From the NCBI GenBank assembly GCA_951406725.2, contig OX597825.1, positions 82,212,001 to 82,276,000 of the forward strand: a stretch of 64,000 nucleotides of DNA, given 5' to 3'. This document shows positions 54,091 to 64,000 of the stretch, one piece after another. How positions within the stretch are numbered: the stretch's first letter is position 1; the number at the start of each line of letters is the position of its first letter. Both the position numbers and the translations under genes were made by a program. The notes under the pieces were generated by a model. It did no database searches and was not told the origin of the DNA. It was given only the letters and a program-made list of their open reading frames with translations. Source of the DNA: Octopus vulgaris (taxonomy: Eukaryota).

Positions 54091-55068
54091 GTAAATGGGT
54101 CGACTAGTACGATGCAATAATAACGCTTAACTTCTAAACGGGGATCTATTTAGAAGTGTTATCAGTGATGCAAATCAATGACCACATCCGACGCATGCGC
54201 ATGGCTTTTCAGATATTTCAATTATATAATTAAACTCACACACAGATACACACACACACACACACACGTCCGCAATCAACTCACCCCACACACATTTATG
54301 TATGTATGTATGTATGCACGCATGCATCTATCAATCAATCAATCTATCTATCTATCTATCTATCTATATATATATATATCTATAGATCTCTCTCACTATC
54401 CGTCTCGCACTCTCTCTCTCTATCTATCTATATATATTAATCATATGTGTATGTGTATATTTATACATACACATATATGTTACATACACATACATTATAG
54501 TAAGACAACAGGATAATCTGTAAAAGCACTCACGCACTCTCACACACACGTACAAACACACACATACACACACACACATATATATATATCTACTTTGATG
54601 CTTACGTATAGACTAAGCATAACTTTTGACTAGAAGTACATTTTCCTGCCTTTAGCAAGAAAAAAAAATCCCGATCTCCTCCAAACCAGAGTTTGTTTAG
54701 TTTAACAGGAATCAGTGCTATCTTCTGCACTCCTTCACTCGGTACGAAATGTAATGATGTCTGGCTGGCAGAGGTGAAAGAGTATTTGACGGCTTGAGGT
54801 GGGTGAAGACCTCTCAAGAGGCGATACTTTGAGACTTCACATGCTGTTCCGGCTACAATCTACAAGAAACTATCATCATCATCATCATCATCATCGTTAT
54901 CATCATCATCATCATCATCATCATCATTATCATCATCATTATTATTATTATAAATAAGAATAATGATAACAATAATAATAAATTATCATCATTAATAATA
55001 ATAATTAATAATAATAATAGTAATAGTATTAATAATGATCATAATAATTATGATAATAATATTACTGA

Positions 55069-55152
<84 letters not shown>

Positions 55153-55194
55153 TAATAATGACAACAACAACAATAATAATAATAATTAATAATA

Positions 55195-55480
55195 AGCAAG
55201 TAATATCTCAGCCAAGGAAGTTGCAAAACTGTCGAGATATAAAGACCTTGAGATTGAGATATCTAGGACGTGGCAATTAAAGACCAAAACCATCCCTGTT
55301 GTTGTAGGTGCCCTGGGAATGACCAAGGAAGGTAGTGACAGATTTTGTTGACCAGATCCCTGAGAAACCAACAGTCTATGAGACTAAAAAATAATTGTGT
55401 CAACATCAAGCTCCCTCCCACGTCCTCAGGAAGTTTCTCTCCATCAAATATATAGGTGCCTTAGGTCTATGGTTGAAGCC
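55195..55480 (+). mobile_element. R4/Dong-like 3' fragment (fourth subfamily) directly after (TAA)n
   Basis: SNISAKEVAKLSRYKDLEIEISRTWQLKTKTIPVVVGALGM...HVLRKFLSI. Confidence 0.85.
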
Positions 55481-55794
55481 CTGTCATATAGAACTTGGCC
55501 ATATATAAATTCTCTACTTGGAATAACCAAGTTTAGAAACTACTGGATCTCACTCATAAGGGAATCTTACATTGTGTATAAACTCTATATTTGGAAGGAC
55601 CCATTTTAAACTCTGTTGGACTTTTGGACTTTACTCATAGGGTATTGGAACATTACATATATACAATTCTGCATAAAAAATGGATTTACAACTTCAATAT
55701 CTACACATATCTTGCATCTATTTTCTTTCCTCCACCTCACTCTCTACTTTATATCCTATCTAAACTAACTATGACTTAACCATCCTCTCACACC

Positions 55795-55846
55795 GTCTCC
55801 GATGAAGGGATATGATTAATAAATATCCTGGAAACAGCTGTAAGAC
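55795..55846 (+). ncRNA. Type I hammerhead ribozyme motif (CCGAUGA core variant)
   Basis: GTCT-CCGATGA-A-GGGATAT-loop-ATATCCT-G-GAAA-C-AGCT-G-TA-AGAC; the host element ends in (TA)n at ~55915. Confidence 0.75.
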
Positions 55847-55908
55847 CTTCTATCTATAAATGTTCTAATATCTACACAGCCTTGGCTTTTTATCTCATTA
55901 CGCAAAAA

Positions 55909-55961
<53 letters not shown>

Positions 55962-55963
<2 letters not shown>

Positions 55964-56066
55964 CGGGAAGCTTTATGAAAATAGACAAAAGACGAAGGCA
56001 GGTGGAATACAAACAAACAATTGTATTAGTATGGCGCTCAGGAAATATAAATAAAACAAGTCTTTA
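55962..56066 (-). mobile_element. Family H2 3' fragment between microsatellites
   Basis: Minus strand TTCCTGAGCGCCATACTAATAC...CCACCTGCCTTCGTCTTTTG matches 41700-41786. Confidence 0.7.
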
Positions 56067-56125
<59 letters not shown>

Positions 56126-56157
56126 GTATATATATACATACATATATATATATACAT

Positions 56158-56204
<47 letters not shown>

Positions 56205-56214
56205 TATGTATATT

Positions 56215-56250
<36 letters not shown>

Positions 56251-57196
56251 CATGTATGTGTGGGTATATGTTTGTGTATCTGTGTTGTCCCTCTGCAACA
56301 TCGCTTGACAACCGATGTTGGTTTGTTTACGTACCCACTGAGAGTGGACGGAAGGAGAGGTTAAACAGCACAGTGCATTGTATGAAAGGAATAAAAGAAG
56401 AAGAAAGACTGGGACGTGGTTGGGAATAGTTTAAAGCGTACTTAGGAAAAATGGGGCTCCCTGCTGACGCAGGGGTGGGCCCACATGTACACCGTTTTAC
56501 TCAGGGTCTTAAAAAAGAGACCCCCTATGATAAGAATGCAGTTGATTTTTTTCTATCCTTTATTACCCAAAATATGATTTACGTTTGGCACTGAGAGAGA
56601 GAGAGAGTGTGTGGGGGAGAGAGAATGGATGGGCGATGGAACCCCCTTAAAAATATTTAGGGTTTTGTAAATGTGTCCCCGAATATATTTTATTCTATAC
56701 ATACGACCATAAAATCATGCAATGACGTCTGCCTGGCATTCTTAATGCAAATTTTCGCTGGCGAGTCTAGTTGAGTTGGTAAAGTGTAAATTTCTCAATT
56801 GAAATACTTACAATTGCGACATATTTTAATGCCATTATTCACCACAACAAACTTTGGAATGCTGGGAAGGTATTTATTACTGAAGCAGTATCAGGGGATA
56901 CCCCCATCACCCAAGCCCCCCGCCCCGGTGTATGCACCCAACACTCCGTCACGTGTTAACCATAATTTACCTCTCCCTGCTACTCACTATATCTAGTCAT
57001 TCTTCCTCAGAACTTTCTTCCTCTGCAAATCTTTTCCCCTCTCTGCTTTCATGTAATCAAAGAATTACAGATTATCAAGCTAAATATCAATTTTCGAGCG
57101 TGGAGGTCATGGCAATTGTTTCGTTTTCTCAATTTTCTTTTTTTCTTCTGAACTGAACATCGATCAGTACATGCTTCGTTTCAGTAGTATAGTATT

Positions 57197-57342
57197 TCTT
57201 CTTCTTCTTCTTCTTCTTCTTCTTCTTCTTCTTCTTCTTCTTCTTCTTCTTCTTCTTCTTCTTCTTCTTCTTCTTCTTCTTCTTCTTCTTCTTCTTCTTC
57301 TTCTTCTTCTTCTTCTTCTTCTTCTTCTTCTTCTTCTTCTTC
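57197..57342. repeat. (CTT)n microsatellite
   Basis: Perfect trinucleotide run. Confidence 0.98.
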
Positions 57343-57862
57343 TCGAATTAAAAGAAAATTCTTATCCGCTCGCTCAGCCGTTCTCTTTATTTAAAGATAG
57401 AAACACTGGGAACGGACCTCCCAGGATCGCCCCAATACGCAGTCAATTCCGATAAAAAAAAAGTGGAAGAAAGACAGAGATAGAGATAGAGAGAGGGAAT
57501 ACAAGCGAAAACCAAGAGTTTGAAAAGCCTATTGTTTCTCAAAAGATCTTTAAATGCAAAACAATGCTGCCGTTAATTGTGTTGGGCGATTAGCGTCCCG
57601 GGGGGAAGAGACGCCATGTTGTGTGTGTGGGTATGTGTGTTTTGTTTTTCGCTTGTCACTGAATAAAATTCTCCATTTTATTTAGTGAAAGCCTATGCGA
57701 CAATTAGCAATTGACATCATCGTCTGGTTAATAATGTTATCGCCGTTTCCAGGAGAACTACTGCTTATCATCGTCGCCGTCGTCGTCAGCCATCGCAATG
57801 ACGACAACACTAACAATAATCAGAAGAATGACGGCAACAATAAGAACTGCGACAACAGCAAT

Positions 57863-57932
<70 letters not shown>

Positions 57933-58039
57933 GCTATTGCAGCAGCTACTGCTACTACTACTACTACTACTACACACAACAACAACAACAACAACAACAA
58001 CAGCAACAACAACAACAATAATAATAATAATAATAATAA

Positions 58040-59461
58040 ATGCCAAAGATGGAATTTGGCATAGATAAATGGGCAATATTAGTCATGAAAAGGTGACAGG
58101 TAGTCAACAGTGAAGGCATCCAATTACCCGATAGCTAGGCATTAAAATCCTTAAAAGGAGTGAGTTATCAGTATCTAGGAGAATTAGAATCTGACAGAGT
58201 ACTAACTACAGAAATGAAGACGAAAATTGAGAAGGAATACATCAGAATGGTAAGCAAGCTAATGAAATCAAATCTAAACGGTTCGAATCTAGTGGAGGCT
58301 GTAAATACTTGGGCAGTATTATTACTTTGATACTCAGCGGCTTTTGTAGATTGGATGAAAACTGAATTAGCAAAGCTAGACAGAAGACCTAGGAAGGAAT
58401 TCAATATGAATGGTGGACTCCTTTTAAAGGCAGGAGAAGCAAGATTATACTTACCTAGAAACGAAAGGGGAAGAGGATTAATATCAGTAGAAAATTGCTT
58501 GGAGTTAGCTAGAGTAGATATAGATTCCTATGTAGGTAATAAAGAAGATAGTTTATTAAGAGCTGGTAGAGAGACAGCAAGACATAAGGAAGCCAAAAAG
58601 AAAGCCAAACGACATAAAAAACTAGAAAAAAGAACAAAAACCATCTGATTGACAGGAGAAGGCTTTGCATGGTAGATTCCCAAAGACAGTTGCAGTAAAT
58701 AGTAGTGGTGAGACATGGTTATGGTTGCAGAAAGGAAGGCTAAAAAGGAGACAGAAATTTTGTTAGTTGCAGCACAAGATCAAACATTAAGGTCTAATTG
58801 GATAAAGGCCAAGATAGATAAAAACAAGTAGATTCATAATGTAGGTTATGCAAATCAAAAGAGAAAAGCGTTACTCATATAGTAAGTGAATGCTGGCACA
58901 TAAAGAATACAAGAAAAGACATGACAACCTAAGGGGAGTAATCCACTGGGAGTTATGTACAAAGCCGGGATTTGACCATACAGATAAATGGTATGGATAT
59001 TAACCTAGTAAAGTACTAGAAAGTAAGAAATATAAGATGTTGTGGGACTTTAACATTCAGGCTGACAGAGTAATAGAAGCTAGAAGGCCTGATTTAGTAG
59101 TGGTTGATAAAGAGAATAGAAAGTGCCAGATAATTGACTTTACAGTTCCAAATGATAAAATGATAAAAATTAATATGAGAAGTACAGAAAAAATAGCAAA
59201 GTAACCATTGAATTCCATAGACTATGGAAAGTGCCGGTAAAATGGATCGCTGTAGTTATAGGTGTATTGGGAATTATCCCCAAAGATTCGAACAGATGGA
59301 TAGAGGAAATAGGCATGGAACCCAGTTTAGTACAGCTGCAGTAAACAATTTTATTAGGGACAGCTAGGATACTTAAGAGGGATCTTGGAAATTAAGGTTA
59401 CTTGTCGTTGCCCGATGGTAGGGATTTTTCTTTTCCAACAGTCTAATCTGTTGTGCATATT

Positions 59462-59463
<2 letters not shown>
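58040..59463 (+). mobile_element. R4/Dong-like RLE non-LTR retrotransposon, 5'-truncated and decayed (fifth subfamily)
   Basis: MEFGIDKW..., YQYLG, RLYLPRNERGRGL, AAQDQ, CRLC...HIVSEC, RHD, RRPDLVV, LGTARIL, with stops and frameshifts. (TAA)n at both ends. Confidence 0.9.
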
Positions 59464-59505
<42 letters not shown>

Positions 59506-59537
59506 CATAATAATAATAATAATAATAACGATAAAGA

Positions 59538-59573
<36 letters not shown>

Positions 59574-59574
59574 A

Positions 59575-59620
<46 letters not shown>

Positions 59621-59687
59621 ATAATAATAATAATAATTGTTACTGTTACTATCACTACTGTTGTTGCCAGCGCTGCTGCTGCTGCTG

Positions 59688-59759
<72 letters not shown>

Positions 59760-59852
59760 TTACTACTACTAATGATAATAATAATAATAATATTTCACTT
59801 ATTGTTACTGTTACTATCACTACTGTTGTTGCCAGCGCTGCTGCTGCTGCTG

Positions 59853-59909
<57 letters not shown>

Positions 59910-60301
59910 AAGATATGAATGTCCCCTCCCGAAAATACAGAGCTGTTATGTATCTAAATGTTTGTCAAAGAAAGTAAGAATATATTACAGGAAGTGACTG
60001 TGCGTGTGACGAAATGTGTGTGTGTATGTGTGTGCGAGTGTGTGTATGTGCGCGCGCGAGTATGCGAGCGCATGTGTGTGTATGCACGTATCTAAACAAG
60101 CATGTGTATATCTGAAGATGTGTGTGTGTGAGTGTGTAAGGAAAGGAGCTTCTAAAACTGGGTTGATTTTGGTAAATATAGTTTATATTTGATAGCAATT
60201 AAAGTGATTTTAGGGGAGGCCAAATACGGAGAGGATGATAAATAGATATTCAGATAAAGAGTCGAAGTAAGAGAGAAACAGAGTGAAGAAATTATGTATA
60301 T

Positions 60302-60375
<74 letters not shown>

Positions 60376-60416
60376 GCAGGGAGAAAAATAGAGAGAGAAA
60401 GAGAAGGGAAAAAGAA

Positions 60417-60448
<32 letters not shown>

Positions 60449-60781
60449 GGAGAGAAGGGATAGAGAAAGAGAGAGAGAGAGAGAGACTGACAGGGGAAAG
60501 AGAGAAACAAGAGAATCGTTCCATGGAATTTGAGCAAGAAAAGGGTTGGGAAAGACGCAGTGGGAATCAACCGTATTCTAACAGCTGCCCGAGTCTTCGA
60601 GAATCTTTCAAGGAACAACAGAGATAAGCTTAATGTTCAGTTACATACTCTCACTTTGGGTTGACTAATGACTTACAAGTAGAATTTAATAGAGGGGAAA
60701 CTGTGTGGAAGGTCTCCTGTCACCATCACCTTTGATGTATATATACTGAAGTGTGTGTATATATATAAACATATATATAAT

Positions 60782-60946
60782 AGGCGCGGGCGTGGCTGTG
60801 TGGTAAAAAGTTTGCTTCCCAACCACATGGTTCCGGGCTCAGTCCCACTGCGCGGTGACTCAGGCAAGTATCTTCTACTATAGACTCGAGCTGACCAAAG
60901 CCTTGTGATTGGATTTGGAAGGCGGAAGCGGAAAGAAGCCCGTCAT
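60782..60946 (+). mobile_element. SINE family A, 5' half
   Basis: GGCGCGGGCGTGGCTGTGTGGT...GAAAGAAGCCCGTC. Confidence 0.88.
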
Positions 60947-61051
60947 ATATTATATATATATATATGAATTCAAAATGAAAAATTAAATTACGCCATCTAG
61001 AAAATTATATATAATAGAAAGATTAAATATAAGATAAAAATATAACGATGG

Positions 61052-61214
61052 AGGCGCAGGAGTGGCTGTGTGGTAAGTAGCTTGCTAACCAACCACATGG
61101 TTCCGGGTTCAGTCCCACTGCGTGGCATCTTGGGCAAATGTCTTCTGCTATAGCCCCGGGCCGACCAATGCCTTGTGAGTGGATTTGGTAGACGGAAACT
61201 GAAAGAAGCCTGTC

Positions 61215-61260
<46 letters not shown>

Positions 61261-61480
61261 ATGTGTGTGTTTGTGTGTCTGTGTTTGTCCCCCTAGCATT
61301 GCTTGACAACCGATGCTGGTGTGTTTACGTCCCCGTCACTTAGCGGTTCGGCAAAAGAGACCGATAGAATAAGTACTGGGCTTACAAAGAATAAGTCCCG
61401 GGGTCGATTTGCTCTACTAAAGGCGGTGCTCCAGCATGGCCGCAGTCAAAATGACTGAAACAAGTAAAAGAGTAAAAGAG
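61052..61480 (+). mobile_element. SINE family A, full-length reference copy
   Basis: A box TGGCTGTGTGG, B box GGTTCAGTCCC, CORE-like GTGGCATCTTGGGCAA, internal (TA)n(TG)n, tail (GTAAAAGA)n. Confidence 0.95.
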
Positions 61481-62077
61481 TATATGCTGGAATGAAGAGA
61501 TAGGTCAACATGTAATTTTGTAATGTCTAACTTTTTCCTGATATTTTGGTTATGACTCATAACTGCAAATTTAATGCATAAATTTGTAATTTAACTAATG
61601 AGTATAAATGGAAACAGCTGTAGAAGAAATGATTACCAATTTATTAATAAATAAATATTAACCACTAACTCTCCATTTTCTTCTCTTAATTTAATACGGA
61701 TCATGTACTTAATATATACCTATATTCAGTTCAAATACACGATTAAGATTATCAGACGACAAGATAACATGCACAATGATTGTATTAGCATGACGATCGG
61801 TGAAAAGGGAACGTCAAGCTAATACGCTACTTGTGCTCGTTCTCTTGTTAACTGTTAAATTTATTCGTTTATTTGAAGTGAATATATAAATTGAAAAATA
61901 ATGTCAGACAGATACAATGAAAAAGAATTTACGTGAAATAAAATAGAACAGCTCTAAAAGATAAACTAACGTAAAGACACGCTACCCTTCAGCAGTTGAC
62001 GATTGCATATACTCACAATTTCGACAACTCTGATCAGTATAATGCTAGCAGTGCGTGCTTTTTGCGTATATATATAT

Positions 62078-62260
62078 AGCGATTTTTTCCCCTGTCTTCC
62101 CTTCTCGGGATCTTTCCTTCTCCTATGTTTCCGACGAAGAGCTCCGCTCGAAACGTCAAACCCTCCTTCCTTCCTTCTTTCCTGAGCGTCCAATAATACT
62201 TTATTTGTTCCACGTCCTTGCGTTGTTGTTTTTTCTGTTTTTGTTTTCTTGTTCGGATTA

Positions 62261-62265
<5 letters not shown>
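62078..62265 (+). mobile_element. Hammerhead-bearing repeat family H1; ribozyme motif at 62127-62161
   Basis: GTTT-CCGACGA-A-GAGC-TCC-GCTC-GAAA-CG-TC-AAAC (GUC triplet). (TA)n on both sides. A second copy lies at 23941-24140. Confidence 0.82.
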
Positions 62266-62293
<28 letters not shown>

Positions 62294-62297
<4 letters not shown>

Positions 62298-62554
62298 TGT
62301 TCAAAAAGTCTCTCCGCAGTAAGTATTTTATTAGAAAGTAAATATCTATAAGACTGTATAAGACTACAAAAGAATATATTACACTTTACAAATTATATAT
62401 TACACTTTTAAAAAACTCAATAAGAGGTGCCGTTCTTCATTCTCAATATACAAGTTGACTCTTCTACACATCTTTTGAAATACATCTTGGAGACAGTGTC
62501 TCAAAGAGTGAAGATGAAAAAAATTCACTGCGGAGAGACTTTTTGAACATCCTG
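62294..62554. mobile_element. Tc1/mariner-type MITE (internally deleted derivative)
   Basis: Perfect 23-bp TIR TGTTCAAAAAGTCTCTCCGCAGT (62298-62320 / 62527-62549). The right end is CCTG|TA. Confidence 0.85.
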
Positions 62555-62922
62555 TATATATGCTTCATACGTACGTACATATACATACTTACTTATGCAC
62601 ACAAACACACACACACACATACATATTTATGCATGTTTGTACGTGCGTGGATATATGAAATTTGCTGGGAATCAAACACCGAATGTTTTGTTATTGGATC
62701 AAACGTCATTATGGCGGTGCTTGAGGGGCGTTTGACACGGATTTTCTTTATTCAGGTCAAAGCTGTAAAAAGACTTGAACAAAGAGGACCGCAAAAAAGA
62801 AACTAAAAAAAAAAAAAAAACGGAAAAAAAATTTGAAAATCGGGAAAAAGGAGATAAAAACATTTGCACATAAAATAATAAATAATCACCAGAAAGAAAA
62901 TTAAGAAAGAAAATTATGACAA

Positions 62923-63113
<191 letters not shown>

Positions 63114-63451
63114 GGAATAAGGGAACAGAGCAATAGATGTCAAAAAAATGGAAAATAAACAAATATAAAAAAATGGTCCTAGCAGAAAACGAAGCCATAT
63201 GGAGAATCTTAAAAGCGGAAGTTGAATATATATATAGACAAGAGCTGTGTAATCTAAATATTATTGAAGGTGAAACAATTCTGTGGAGCAAAATTTATTC
63301 AAATTAGAAACGGTAAATATACGAGAGAAACAAATGACGATGGGATTACACACATACGAACACATTCGCATACATCGTATATACACACAATGTCATTGGA
63401 TTATGGACATCACACATGCAGACACTACTTCAGTTTATTTCAGATTCTTGA

Positions 63452-63501
<50 letters not shown>

Positions 63502-63518
63502 ACATATATACATATATA

Positions 63519-63566
<48 letters not shown>

Positions 63567-63846
63567 CATATACATACATATATGTGTGTCTGTGAATATG
63601 TATGTATGCATGGGTGTATGAATGTATATAGATATGTATATATACACACGAATTATACATACATCCACATTGCTTATACATTACATCTATATAACTATAT
63701 CTGTTCACCAATATATGATTACGTATGTACAGATATATACACATATACATATATTCAAAGGGACATATAAATGCTTACACAAATCATGTGTGTGTATATA
63801 TATGTTCATGTGTATATAAATATATGTATATATATATGTGCATATA

Positions 63847-63931
<85 letters not shown>

Positions 63932-63962
63932 CATACATACAAATATATAGATATAGATATAT

Positions 63963-64000
<38 letters not shown>

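Noticed and set aside
59636-59910. Duplicated ~60-bp segment ATTGTTACTGTTACTATCACTACTGTTGTTGCCAGCGCTGCTG
   Set aside because: A local slippage duplication inside a trinucleotide tract, with no sign of function.

Overview
AT-rich, microsatellite-saturated eukaryotic non-coding DNA. It is most likely octopus (cephalopod), judged from my recall of the SINE families present; no database search was run. No host protein-coding exon can be supported, and nearly all ORF-track entries are translated simple repeats. The window is a retroelement mosaic: (1) at least four tRNA-headed SINE families (A: ~430 bp with an internal microsatellite; B: ~240 bp, often in head-to-tail arrays; C; E); (2) several R4/Dong-like RLE non-LTR 3' ends sitting in (TAA)n tracts; (3) Tx1/L1-like, RTE and mariner fragments plus two MITEs; (4) two Penelope-like GIY-YIG endonuclease fragments. 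The most striking signal is about a dozen type I hammerhead-ribozyme motifs (7 well formed, the rest decayed) from several unrelated short families, mostly between (TA)n/(CA)n tracts. One lies just downstream of a Penelope endonuclease. Another appears to belong to an element with a tRNA-like Pol III head, arranged as a head-to-head inversion (29661-30105): a candidate Penelope-mobilised, self-cleaving SINE.
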